Part shown: piece after piece, positions 9,857-19,710 of the stretch
Layout: each line of letters begins with the position of its first letter
How positions within the stretch are numbered: position 1 is the stretch's first letter
DNA from: Clostridia bacterium
Lineage (GTDB): Bacteria; Bacillota; Clostridia; Christensenellales; Aristaeellaceae
Reading direction: 5' to 3'
DNA length: 64,000 nt
NCBI GenBank assembly: GCA_017541105.1
Contig: JAFXZS010000003.1
Coordinates: 15,631-79,630 of the forward strand
Made by a program: the position numbers and the translations under genes
Notes under the pieces: generated by a model
What the model saw: the letters and a program-made list of their open reading frames with translations, nothing else
What the model was told of the DNA's origin: nothing
Databases searched by the model: none

Positions 9857-11039
9857 GGAGTTTCACCATACGGCAAAGGTACAACCGCATATCATGCCCG
9901 GGGACGACGGGATTGAAGTAATCGGCTTTACGGCCGATGCATTCTCCCGTAAACACATCCTTTACCTCCAGGCCGATGCCTGAGGAAACGGGGAGGCCCA
10001 GATCCACCAGTTCGCAATGAATGGTGCTTTCCGCGTCGGAAAGATTGATGAAAGCCAGCGCAAACTCACCCCCGGAAAGGTGGCGGAAGATGGTGAAACC
10101 GGCATCGGGAATATGACGCCAGGGCATCTCGCCCTCCTTGGGGTCCGGATTCCCGGTAAAGATTGAACTCCTGCGAATCAGATAGGGGGAACGGGCTTCC
10201 TCATCCTGATCGATGCGCAGCAGATCCGGATGCTTCATCAGGGATTCATATTCCGGCGCAAGGGAACGCAGATCAGCGCCCATCATCAGCGGAACGCCGC
10301 AAAGGCACCACAGGGAAAACTGCATCCGGTATTCTTCATACGAACAGACTTTGCCGAACCCCACGTTTCCCTTCCCGTTCATCCCGACAGTCAGCATATC
10401 CATATCATTGAAGCATCCGTTGGCGCTCATGGAAAGATTGTCCAGCTGAGACTTGAAGATATCGGTAAAGGAAGTATAGTTATCCATGATATCACCGGTG
10501 GAACGGTACATGTGGGCGCCGACGCTCCGCATCCATTTCCAGGGATCCTGCTGGCCCCAGTTGCAGGCGGAAAAGAGGATTTCCCGTCCGGTGGATTTCA
10601 GCGCCATGGACATGGTCTGATAACGGGTGCGGCAATCTCCGGTTTCCGGGAAGTTGCAGAAATCATACTTCAGGAAATCCACACCCCATGAAGCAAACGT
10701 CTCCGCGTCCACAAACTCATGGTCGTAGCTGGAAGGGTACCCCGCACAGGTCATGACGCCGGCACAGGAATACATTCCGAACTTCAGTCCCCGGGAATGG
10801 ACATAATCCGCCAGCGCTTTCATCCCGTGGGGGAACTTTTCCGGATCCGGCACGAGGCGGCCGTTCTCATCCCGATCTCTCAGAGACCAGCAGTCATCGA
10901 TGACAAGGTAGTTGTACCCGGCGGCCAGATACCCTTTCTCCACCATCAGGTCAGCCATTTCGCGAATCAGGGAATCGCTGATTTTTTCACCGAAAGTATT
11001 CCAGGAATTCCATCCGAGAGGGGGCAGGTTTGCCAGCAT
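9849..11039 (-). CDS. alpha-galactosidase, glycoside hydrolase family 27 (no signal peptide)
   Basis: PPLGWNSWN, VIDDCW, FPHGMKALADYVHSRGLKFGMY, DFLKYDFC, RSTGDI, NDMDML; AAGGAGG RBS. Confidence 0.93.
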   Translation of the reverse strand: MLANLPPLGWNSWNTFGEKISDSLIREMADLMVEKGYLAAGYNYLVIDDCWSLRDRDENGRLVPDPEKFPHGMKALADYVHSRGLKFGMYSCAGVMTCAGYPSSYDHEFVDAETFASWGVDFLKYDFCNFPETGDCRTRYQTMSMALKSTGREILFSACNWGQQDPWKWMRSVGAHMYRSTGDIMDNYTSFTDIFKSQLDNLSMSANGCFNDMDMLTVGMNGKGNVGFGKVCSYEEYRMQFSLWCLCGVPLMMGADLRSLAPEYESLMKHPDLLRIDQDEEARSPYLIRRSSIFTGNPDPKEGEMPWRHIPDAGFTIFRHLSGGEFALAFINLSDAESTIHCELVDLGLPVSSGIGLEVKDVFTGECIGRKADYFNPVVPGHDMRLYLCRMVKLRV

Positions 11040-11125
11040 GTTCAAAACCTCCTTATTATTGCTTTTATTCCAATCATTCCGGCATAATATGCGGAGCGCC
11101 GGCGCGATCAGCGTTCCGGAGAGGA

Positions 11126-11998
11126 TTAAAACGGCGGTTCGATTTCGAAGACTTTTCCGTCCAGCCGGGGCAGGCGGCCTCCCGTGGAGAGGACCAGGGA
11201 AGTGGCACACAGCTTCAGGGAACGGGCTTTATGTGCCCGGTTAAAGGCATGATCCCCGTAAAGATCATCCCCCAGAAGAGGATGCCCCAGGGCGGCCAGA
11301 TGAGCGCGGATCTGATGGGTGCGGCCGGTAATCAGATGGACGCGAAGCCGGGAAACGGGGCCCATAGCCAGCGTTTCATATCCTGTGACAATGGAGCGCG
11401 CTCCGGCGGCTTCCTGTGACAAAATCCGGACCCGGGCATTTCGCGCGTCCTTGAGCAGATAGGCACGGCAGACAGCGGAAGGCGGCTTCATTATCCCGCG
11501 GACGAGGCAGGTGTAGTACTTTTCCACGGCGCGGTTCCGAAACACATCCTGCAGAACGGCCAGCGCATCCCGGTTTTTCGCAAACAGGCAGAGGCCGCAG
11601 GTTTTTACGTCCAGCCGGTGGCAGGGAACAGGAGCATATGCATCGGGATCCTTCTCCGTGATATGCAGACGGCACAGCTCCGAAAGAGAAACAGTACCGG
11701 GTACGTCCGCCTCCACGCTGAGGCCTGCGGGTTTGTTTACCAGGAGTACATCCTCATCTTCATAGACGATACGAAGGAGATCCGTTCCGCCGGCGGCATC
11801 CGGCAGGAAGATCTTCAGCGTTCCTCCGGCATGCAGCACCGTTTCCCGGGAAATCCGGACTCCATCCAGCCTGATATCCCGGGCAGAAAAGATGCGGCGA
11901 AGCGTACTTTCCGGAAGAGCCGGCATGATCCGGCGAAGAAAAGATTCAGCTTTCATGCCATCCGCTTCCGGAGGAATCACAAAGCTCTTCAGGGCCAT
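11126..11998 (-). CDS. RluA-family RNA pseudouridine synthase
   Basis: VNKPAGL, catalytic HRLD, TGRTHQIRAHL, GHPLLGDDLYG. Confidence 0.92.
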   Translation of the reverse strand: MALKSFVIPPEADGMKAESFLRRIMPALPESTLRRIFSARDIRLDGVRISRETVLHAGGTLKIFLPDAAGGTDLLRIVYEDEDVLLVNKPAGLSVEADVPGTVSLSELCRLHITEKDPDAYAPVPCHRLDVKTCGLCLFAKNRDALAVLQDVFRNRAVEKYYTCLVRGIMKPPSAVCRAYLLKDARNARVRILSQEAAGARSIVTGYETLAMGPVSRLRVHLITGRTHQIRAHLAALGHPLLGDDLYGDHAFNRAHKARSLKLCATSLVLSTGGRLPRLDGKVFEIEPPF

Positions 11999-13053
11999 TA
12001 CTGCAACCTCGAGGAAGAGAACCAGATCCAGCGGGGAATCCGATCGCTGAGATCCCGAAGCGCCGCGAGCATTTCAGGCGTGGGCAGGGAAACCAGCAGG
12101 GAAGAAAGGACTTCAGTCATTTCCGCATAGGATACGCCCTGTTTTGCCAGAATAATGAGATCTTCCACAGCGTCCTCCGGGGTAATTTCCGGGCGGACGG
12201 CATTCATCAGCGAGAACAGCATCTGTTCGTACAACGGATTTTCCAGGTCATTTACACTTTCAGACGCATGAGCCAGGGTGTCGGCACTCATCTCCTGGAA
12301 GGAACGGGCGGCAACGGGCATCTGGGCCAGCATCCGATCCGGATCGGCAAGCCCGGGATGAATCAGCATCAACCGCCCGTCAGGGCTGTAAATGCAGTCA
12401 CATCCCGACAAAAACAGGCGTTCGATCAGATCCGGCCGGTTTTCAGCACAGGTATCCTTCAGGAGAGACTGCAGGTGAAGCATGGGTACGGAAGCCTGTG
12501 TCATTCCGGTCAGATACAGAGAATCATCCACCGAATTGATCACCAGCTCCACCGCGTCCCGGATTTTTTTATGCTCATCCCCGGCCAGCAGCAGGAGAGC
12601 GGCACCGCACAGCTGATGCGGCATATACAGCGCGGTCACGCCGTCTTCCTCCTTCCGAATCCGGCACCACAGGCGGCGGATCAGGCAACGGGCAGGCAGC
12701 AGGTCATTCCAATCATGCAGGGGCAGCCTGCCGCCGAAGAGCACAAGACGAACCATCAGATCATGCTCCTCCGGGGAAAGCAGCGCGAGCTCCGGCGCAA
12801 ACGAGGCGAGCACCCGGATCCGGAGTTCATCCGCAGTGTGGAGCGCACCGGCAGGATGCGCACGGTCTTCCCAGGGAAAGAAGGAGAGCTGATAGAAATT
12901 TTCCGCGTCCGCGTCCGTGCAGTCGGAATCAAAAAGGCAACGGAAAGGAAGGCTTGCAAGATCCTTCTCGCAAGCCTCAAGCTGATTGGCCCGAAGGACA
13001 CTCATGGTCTTATCGGCCCAGTGATACGGACGAATGTTACCTTGCCTGAGCAT
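11998..13053 (-). CDS. hypothetical protein
   Basis: 351-aa ORF packed between ilvE and the RluA gene (1-nt overlap); AAGGA RBS; no recognised motif. Confidence 0.7.
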   Translation of the reverse strand: MLRQGNIRPYHWADKTMSVLRANQLEACEKDLASLPFRCLFDSDCTDADAENFYQLSFFPWEDRAHPAGALHTADELRIRVLASFAPELALLSPEEHDLMVRLVLFGGRLPLHDWNDLLPARCLIRRLWCRIRKEEDGVTALYMPHQLCGAALLLLAGDEHKKIRDAVELVINSVDDSLYLTGMTQASVPMLHLQSLLKDTCAENRPDLIERLFLSGCDCIYSPDGRLMLIHPGLADPDRMLAQMPVAARSFQEMSADTLAHASESVNDLENPLYEQMLFSLMNAVRPEITPEDAVEDLIILAKQGVSYAEMTEVLSSLLVSLPTPEMLAALRDLSDRIPRWIWFSSSRLQ

Positions 13054-13078
13054 AGAATCCTTTCCTGCCGAAACGGGA

Positions 13079-14146
13079 TTACAGCTTGGTGATCCAGCCG
13101 TTTTTGTCTTCCAGCCGGCCATACTGAATCCCGGTCAGCGTATCGTACAGCTTTTGGGCAACCGGACCGATTCCGCCGTCGCCCAGAGTGACCTTTTCGT
13201 CCTTCAGGGCAAGAACGCCTACCGGACTGATGACTGCGGCCGTACCGGTGCCGAAGGCTTCCGTCAGCTTGCCGGCTTTTGCGTCGGCAAAGATCTCTTC
13301 CACATTCAGCCTGGCCTCTTCCGCCTCATAGCCCAGCTGGCGTGCCAGCTTCAGAACGCTGTCCCGGGTGATGCCGGGAAGGATGGAACCGTTGAGCACG
13401 GGCGTCACAATTTTGTTGCCATAGGCAAACATCATATTCATCGAGCCGACTTCCTCGATGTATTTCTGCTCCACACCGTCCAGCCAGAGAACCTGGGAGA
13501 AGCCTTTCTTCTCGGCAATGTCTCCTGCCAGAATGGAAGCGGCATAGTTGCCGGCGCACTTGGTGAACCCGACGCCGCCGCGGACGGCGCGTACATATTC
13601 GTCCTCCACATAGATGCTGACGGGCTTCAGCCCTTCTTTATAGTAGGCACCGACGGGGCTGAGGATGATGAAAAAACAGTATTTTGAGGAAGCATGCACG
13701 CCCAGGCCCACATCCATGGAGACCATCGTCGGGCGGATATAGAGGGAAGTCCCCTCCTTGCGGGGCACCCAATCCGCGTCGATCCGGATGAGCTGCTTAA
13801 GGCCTTCCATCGCCGTTTCCTCATCCAGGGCCGGCATGCACATGCGCCTGGCGCTCCGGGTCATGCGCGCAAAGTTATCCTCCGCACGGAAAAGCTGAAG
13901 CCCTCCGTCCTCCCGGCGATAGCATTTGCAGCCTTCAAAAATCGCCTGGCCGTAATGGAGCACCATGGAAGCGGGATCCATCGCGAACGGCTGATAAGGA
14001 ACAATGCGGGCATTGTGCCACCCGGCCCCCGCTTCGTAATCCATCATGAACATATGATCCGTAAAGATCCGGCCGAAACCGAGAGCAGACTCGTCCTGCG
14101 GCTTCTGCTTCAGGTTCTGGGACAGTGTAACGCTGATTTCCAACAC
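13079..14146 (-). CDS. ilvE: branched-chain amino acid aminotransferase
   Basis: FGRIFTDHMF, LHYGQAIFEG, SLYIRP, KCAGNY (PLP Lys), EEVGSMN, ILPGITR, GTAAVISP. Confidence 0.95.
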   Translation of the reverse strand: MLEISVTLSQNLKQKPQDESALGFGRIFTDHMFMMDYEAGAGWHNARIVPYQPFAMDPASMVLHYGQAIFEGCKCYRREDGGLQLFRAEDNFARMTRSARRMCMPALDEETAMEGLKQLIRIDADWVPRKEGTSLYIRPTMVSMDVGLGVHASSKYCFFIILSPVGAYYKEGLKPVSIYVEDEYVRAVRGGVGFTKCAGNYAASILAGDIAEKKGFSQVLWLDGVEQKYIEEVGSMNMMFAYGNKIVTPVLNGSILPGITRDSVLKLARQLGYEAEEARLNVEEIFADAKAGKLTEAFGTGTAAVISPVGVLALKDEKVTLGDGGIGPVAQKLYDTLTGIQYGRLEDKNGWITKL

Positions 14147-14239
14147 GGGAACCCCTTCTTTCCGTTCAGTAATGATACAGTATATTATACGCTTTTCCGG
14201 ACAGGTTTTCCTGTCTTTTTCCTGTATCCTGAGACTTTT

Positions 14240-15016
14240 TTACAGTTCATCCTCAATATCTTCCAGCGCCAGGGGGAAAAGCAGAAGCGTCCGGGAAGGA
14301 TCCGAAGACAGCGGAGCCGCGGGGCTGCTGACAACATAGAATACGGGATTGCCGGTCTCGTCCAGATAAAAATCCGATTCGGGGAGGAGATCATAGGTCA
14401 GATCCTCTTTCGTGTACGCCGGATTGTACAGATTCTCCTCATTGCGACTGATGATTTCCCAGATAAGATTCCAGACGGCCTCGCTGGCTTTCCGGGTCTG
14501 CCGGTCCTCCAGCCAGTCATCATGTTCACCAACCTGAAGAATCCCCAGGAGGCGGGGAAGGTCAAAAGTGGAATCCGGCATGCCTGTCAGCCTGGAAAAA
14601 GTATTGCCTTCCCAGGACTCCGACAGCACGCCGTCCACTTCCTCCGTTTTATGGATCAGCACGGAGAAAAAATCCGTATTGCTGCAGGTGACCTCATAGG
14701 AAATGTTCACGGAAACACTTTGGTTCTGCCCCGCGTAGTATTCCGACAGATTCGGAATCGTGTAATCCTTTGTATCTTTCACCAGATACTCATAAAACCC
14801 GTTGACCCGGTAAGCGCTGGGATCCTCAGGATCCGCGTGCGGATAACGGTAGGAATAAACATACTGCCCGGCAGACGGATCCGATTCATTATAGCGGACA
14901 ACAATCGTTTCCGCATAATCGTCCGCAAGCGGAAGGGAATCCGCCTGCACAGCCGGGGAAAACAGCAGCAGGACCAGCAACAGGACAGCCAGATGTTTTG
15001 CACGCGGACATTTCAT
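14240..15016 (-). CDS. secreted acidic protein, possibly DUF3298/RsiV-PdaC-like fold
   Basis: Signal peptide (LAVLLLVLLLFSPAVQA/DS); YEVTCSNTDFFSV and DFYLDETGNPVF resemble DUF3298-type proteins. Family call is tentative. Confidence 0.55.
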   Translation of the reverse strand: MKCPRAKHLAVLLLVLLLFSPAVQADSLPLADDYAETIVVRYNESDPSAGQYVYSYRYPHADPEDPSAYRVNGFYEYLVKDTKDYTIPNLSEYYAGQNQSVSVNISYEVTCSNTDFFSVLIHKTEEVDGVLSESWEGNTFSRLTGMPDSTFDLPRLLGILQVGEHDDWLEDRQTRKASEAVWNLIWEIISRNEENLYNPAYTKEDLTYDLLPESDFYLDETGNPVFYVVSSPAAPLSSDPSRTLLLFPLALEDIEDEL

Positions 15017-15033
15017 GGTTCATTATTCTCCTG

Positions 15034-16836
15034 TCATTTTAAATAGGTGTAGCGGGCGTTCAGCCAGGGCATGCCGTTATACGTGGAGTTGGCGTCCGCA
15101 TAAATGCGGTAATAATTCCCGACGACCCACTTTGTTTTTGTATAATTTTCCACAAGAACCGGCTGGGATTTGCCGTCGTCACTGGTATTGATGACCACCA
15201 TCTGGGGTTTTTCGGAAACGGTATACTGCACGACCCCCTTCACCACATAAACCTGGTTATGGGCGGCACGGACGGTGATATTGCTGAGCAGTTCGCTGTA
15301 GCCTTCGGCCGTGAGGGGCCATGCCTTGACAGTGTATTCATCCGGGGGAGGCAGATAATACACCACATGATCCACCTGGGAAGGCTTTTTATCCTTGTAT
15401 TCGGCCACGATGCTGATGGTGTTGTCACCGATATGATCAAAAATGGCATTGAAGGTGAATTTCCCGGTGGAAGCCAGTTCGGTGATGTTCAGATCCGCAT
15501 AGGGGGTGATGACCGTCACCCTGGCGCCGGGAATCGTGGTGGCGGTAACTTTCATGACCTTTTTGTCGGTGGTTCCGTAAGTCCCCACCGCAAGATCCAG
15601 AGGAACGTCCTGACGGGCACGGTAGAGGACCACGGAAATGGTGTTGTCCCGGCAATACTGGGAGCGGACCACAAAGGTGAAGACATTGTCTCCGATGGGC
15701 TGCACGGTGGCATTATATGTCATTTCCCCCGTTTCCGAGGAAACCGTATCACTGTAATCCTTGCCGTTTACCGTAACACGGGATCCGACGCGGACGCGGA
15801 TCTTGATGGCGGTCATGGTAGTGGATACGGTTGTGCGCATGGAATCGGGGCTGAGCAGCTCAACCTTGCTGAGGGGAATGGTAATGCTGTAAGAGATCGG
15901 ATCCATGGGGGTCTGCCTGCCGGCGGAAGTCTTCAGGAAGGGCGTCAGGGTTACTTCCATCGTCTCATCCAGACTGCCTTCCAGATTGTCATACCAGATA
16001 TGATCCGGAACTTCCACAGCCGCAAATCCTTCGGAAACAACATAGGAAGCATGCAGTTCCCGGATATAAATGGTGCTGCCTTCCGTGCCCGGGATCAGCA
16101 CGGTATGCGCGGCAAGATCATCCAGCAGGCCGGCGGTGATTACTACGCCGGGAGGGTTTTCCGTATTGGTCTCCTCCGTCGACAGGAAACGGAGGCCAGC
16201 CAGTACTCCGTAACGGAGGGCAGCCAGTACTCCGCCCCCCGCCAGCAAAGCCACGGCAGCCAGAATCAGGACAATACGGAATACGGAACGCCGCCGGCGG
16301 TGCTGAAGGCGCTGCAGGCGGGATGCGCTGCGGGAATGGTATTCCTCCCCGCCGCGGAGAGACTCAGGGATCAGAGGATCATACACCCGGGCTTCCAGGA
16401 AAGCGCCGTTTTCATCCAGAAAACGGACCCGGGAACGCATGTCGGATTCCCGGCGGGCCCGGACATTCGCCTCGGACACCTGTTCAAGCACGATGGTCTG
16501 ATGGAGCGGGGAGGCCCCCGGCTTTGATGTTGCGGTCACGGTGATCCGGGAGGAAGGCTCGGGACCTTCTTCCCGCAGGCGGCGCTGCAGCTCTGCGCCG
16601 CGCTGCTTGCGCCGCTTCAGGTCCTGCATCTCCCCGGCCAGTTCATCCCTGGGCTCCGGAGCCTGGTTTGTCTGGCCGAACTCGTCCGCACGAAGGAAAA
16701 CAGACGAAGCGCCGCCATCCCGCAGCGTCTCCTTCCAGGCAATCCGGGTGGCTTCGTCTATGTTCAGGGGAGTTCCGCAGCGGATACAGTGCGGCAGGGA
16801 AGCGCGGTTCCATAAACCGCATTCCGGACATTTCAT
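15034..16836 (-). CDS. membrane protein: N-terminal zinc ribbon, TM helix, extracellular Ig-like beta domains
   Basis: CPEC...CIRC; poly-Arg followed by TM IVLILAAVALLAGGGVLAAL; repeated beta segments (PIGDNVFTF, HIGDNTISI). Confidence 0.7.
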   Translation of the reverse strand: MKCPECGLWNRASLPHCIRCGTPLNIDEATRIAWKETLRDGGASSVFLRADEFGQTNQAPEPRDELAGEMQDLKRRKQRGAELQRRLREEGPEPSSRITVTATSKPGASPLHQTIVLEQVSEANVRARRESDMRSRVRFLDENGAFLEARVYDPLIPESLRGGEEYHSRSASRLQRLQHRRRRSVFRIVLILAAVALLAGGGVLAALRYGVLAGLRFLSTEETNTENPPGVVITAGLLDDLAAHTVLIPGTEGSTIYIRELHASYVVSEGFAAVEVPDHIWYDNLEGSLDETMEVTLTPFLKTSAGRQTPMDPISYSITIPLSKVELLSPDSMRTTVSTTMTAIKIRVRVGSRVTVNGKDYSDTVSSETGEMTYNATVQPIGDNVFTFVVRSQYCRDNTISVVLYRARQDVPLDLAVGTYGTTDKKVMKVTATTIPGARVTVITPYADLNITELASTGKFTFNAIFDHIGDNTISIVAEYKDKKPSQVDHVVYYLPPPDEYTVKAWPLTAEGYSELLSNITVRAAHNQVYVVKGVVQYTVSEKPQMVVINTSDDGKSQPVLVENYTKTKWVVGNYYRIYADANSTYNGMPWLNARYTYLK

Positions 16837-16848
16837 TCAGTACTCCTG

Positions 16849-17931
16849 TCAGTCGTCCTCATCATCACTGACGAGGAAATCAATATCACGGGTCAGCTTC
16901 GTATGCTCCAGAAAGTCCGCCAGCTTCAGACGGGCGGCGGGCCAGTTGATCTCCTGGGCCATCATATTTGCGAACAGGATGGCCCGGACATCTTCCTTCG
17001 CAGGGATCCGGAGCTCTTCTATGGTGCAGTCCCGCAGGCTGTAGGCATAGGAGGCGGCATCCAGCATCTCCTGCAGGTTCATATTGGTCGCGTCATTGTT
17101 TTCCATAATGCTGTTGGCCAGCTCATTGGCCTGATCCAGGGTAAAGGTGCGGCATTTGTCCGCCAGCGCACTGAGGACATTCCGAACCCGCTGGGTGCGC
17201 ATAAAATCCCCCTGGCTGTCTGCTTTGCGGATGCGCATGTACAGCACGGCAGAATGCCCCCGGAAATGATAAACACCCTCCGGCGCACGGGGATTCTGAT
17301 GCACATCCACGCCGTCCGCATTGACAACAGAGCCGACGGGCACCGCGTACCGTGCCAGATAGCGGATTTCATTGGAGTTGAGCTCGATATCCACGCCTTC
17401 CAGGCCGGGAAGATCAATGATGTCCTGAATCTGGCCGAAATTGAAGAGAATATACTTTTCGATGGGAATCCCCAGATGCTCGCTGATGGTTTTGCACAGC
17501 GCATCCGGGCCGTAGTCGTTGTACACATAGTTAATCCGGCCGTACCGGGAGGCGGTTTCAGTGCTGTTGGGCTTGCGGATGATGGCATCCCGAATAATGG
17601 AAGTCAGCATGATCCGGTGTGCCCGGGTGTCCAGGGTCAGGATCACGATGCCGTCGGTGTTCCCGTACAGGTCGCGACGAATCCCATTGGCGCCGGTGGG
17701 CGGATCAATTCCTTCCGGCCGGGGAATGGAATGCCACTGATCGATGCACAGCAGCAGATAATGATGCTGCCCGCTGAGCGCGGGGGGCAGCTGGTCCCAG
17801 GGGACAATCTCAATTTCCGCGGGAAGCCTTTCGTACGGAAGACCGGCGCCGGCCCAGTCGTCCTCCGCAATGGCCCCGAAGCAGAAGAACAAAAGTACCG
17901 CGGACAGGATAACACTCAGGATTCGACGCAA
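16849..17931 (-). CDS. LCP (LytR-CpsA-Psr) family glycopolymer transferase
   Basis: GNTDGIVILTLD, TSIIRD, GRINYVY, YMRIRK..SQGDFMRTQR; TTG start after GGAGG. Confidence 0.85.
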   Translation of the reverse strand: MRRILSVILSAVLLFFCFGAIAEDDWAGAGLPYERLPAEIEIVPWDQLPPALSGQHHYLLLCIDQWHSIPRPEGIDPPTGANGIRRDLYGNTDGIVILTLDTRAHRIMLTSIIRDAIIRKPNSTETASRYGRINYVYNDYGPDALCKTISEHLGIPIEKYILFNFGQIQDIIDLPGLEGVDIELNSNEIRYLARYAVPVGSVVNADGVDVHQNPRAPEGVYHFRGHSAVLYMRIRKADSQGDFMRTQRVRNVLSALADKCRTFTLDQANELANSIMENNDATNMNLQEMLDAASYAYSLRDCTIEELRIPAKEDVRAILFANMMAQEINWPAARLKLADFLEHTKLTRDIDFLVSDDEDD

Positions 17932-18104
17932 GGAAAGACACCCTCCTTCCGTAATCTGCAACCCGTTTCCAGGAGACTCACAGGGATACCTAACAATTAT
18001 ACTATAAAATGAAAGAAAACGGAAACAGAAAATTTGCTTTTTGTCAAAACAATGGTATAATTCCGTAGGATCCGAGACGGAACGAACAGAACGGAGCTGG
18101 ACAG

Positions 18105-19478
18105 ATGGATTACGATGTATTGATTGTCGGTGCGGGCCCGGGAGGGATCTTTACAGCATACGAACTGGTTCACGGGGCGAAAAGCCCCCTGAAGGTCGCC
18201 GTTTATGAACTGGGGAAACCGCTGAACCAACGGAGATGTCCCATTGACGGGAGCAAAGTCAAAACCTGCGTGCGATGCAAAACCTGCTCGATCATGAGCG
18301 GCTTCGGCGGGGCCGGCGCGTTCTCGGACGGAAAATACAATATTACCAATGACTTTGGCGGAAGCCTTCATGAACATGTCGGAAAGAACCAGGCGCTGGA
18401 ACTGATGCGCTATGTGGACGCAATCAACCTGCAGCACGGCGGAGAGGGTACGCGCCTGTATTCCACCGCCAACAGCGCCATCAAGAAGACATGCCTGCAG
18501 CACGGGCTGCATCTGCTGGACGCGCAGGTGCGCCATCTGGGGACAGATATCAACTATGTGGTGCTGGAGAACCTGTATAATGAGCTCAAGGACAGGGTTC
18601 ACTTCTTCTTCGGCACCCCGGTGACCGGGGTGGAGCGGACCGAAGGCGGATACCGCGTGACACTGGAGAACGGGGAAAGCGTGACGACAGAAAAATGCGT
18701 CATCTCCGTCGGCCGCAGCGGCAGCAAATGGATGGAAGGAATCTGCAGAAGGATGGGCATTCCGACAAAAAGCAACCGGGTGGATATCGGTGTACGGGTG
18801 GAACTGCCGGCCGCGGTATTCCAGCATCTGACGGATGAGCTCTACGAGGGAAAGATCGTATACCGGACGGAAAAATTTGAGGATCTTGTGCGGACTTTCT
18901 GCATGAATCCGAAAGGCGCGGTGGTCAGCGAAAACACCAACGGAATCGTCACCGTCAACGGCCACAGCTATGAGGATCCGGCCAGGCATACGGATAATAC
19001 GAACTTCGCCCTGCTGGTGAGCAAGCGCTTCTCCGAACCGTTCAAGGATTCCAACGGATACGGCGAATCGATCGCACGGCTGAGCAATATGCTGGGCGGA
19101 GGTGTCATTGTACAGCGATTCGGCGACCTGGTCCGGGGCCGCAGAAGCACCCCCGGGCGGATTGCGGAATCCTTTGTGACGCCGACGCTGTCCGCCACAC
19201 CCGGGGACCTGAGCCTGGTGATTCCGAAGCGGATTCTGGACGGCATTATCGAGATGATTTTCACGCTGGACAAGATTGCTCCGGGCACAGCGAACGATGA
19301 CACGCTGCTCTACGGCGTGGAGGTCAAGTTCTATAATATGGAAGTGGAACTGGATGAGAATCTGGAAACCCAGTATCCCGGCCTTTACGTGATCGGCGAC
19401 GGCAGCGGGGTTACCCACAGCCTGAGCCACGCCAGCGCCAGCGGCGTACATGTGGCCAGAACTATCCTGGGATCATAA
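18105..19478 (+). CDS. NAD(P)/FAD-dependent oxidoreductase (COG2509-like)
   Basis: IVGAGPGG dinucleotide motif, GFGGAGAFSDGK, GVRVE, RTFCMNPKG, GLYVIGDGSG. TTGCTT/TATAAT promoter at 18034-18061. Confidence 0.88.
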   Translation: MDYDVLIVGAGPGGIFTAYELVHGAKSPLKVAVYELGKPLNQRRCPIDGSKVKTCVRCKTCSIMSGFGGAGAFSDGKYNITNDFGGSLHEHVGKNQALELMRYVDAINLQHGGEGTRLYSTANSAIKKTCLQHGLHLLDAQVRHLGTDINYVVLENLYNELKDRVHFFFGTPVTGVERTEGGYRVTLENGESVTTEKCVISVGRSGSKWMEGICRRMGIPTKSNRVDIGVRVELPAAVFQHLTDELYEGKIVYRTEKFEDLVRTFCMNPKGAVVSENTNGIVTVNGHSYEDPARHTDNTNFALLVSKRFSEPFKDSNGYGESIARLSNMLGGGVIVQRFGDLVRGRRSTPGRIAESFVTPTLSATPGDLSLVIPKRILDGIIEMIFTLDKIAPGTANDDTLLYGVEVKFYNMEVELDENLETQYPGLYVIGDGSGVTHSLSHASASGVHVARTILGS

Positions 19479-19488
19479 ATCCGTCATT

Positions 19489-19704
19489 TTATGCGATTTC
19501 CAAAACAGCATACTTCTGCTCTTCCACCGCTGCACGAAGCACTTCGTCCGCGACAGGGGCGTTCAGCGTAACCACGGCGCTCCCGGCGACGTGATCCACG
19601 GAAGCGCCCTCCACGCCCGGAAGCGCTTCAAGCGCTTTCTTTACACGAGCCGCGCAGTGCGCACACATCATTCCTTGCACCTTCAGGGTTTTTGTCATAT
19701 TCAT
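19489..19704 (-). CDS. heavy-metal-associated (HMA) domain protein, CopZ-like chaperone
   Basis: 71 aa with GMMCAHC motif; GAGGAGG RBS. Confidence 0.88.
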   Translation of the reverse strand: MNMTKTLKVQGMMCAHCAARVKKALEALPGVEGASVDHVAGSAVVTLNAPVADEVLRAAVEEQKYAVLEIA

Positions 19705-19710
19705 TCCTCC

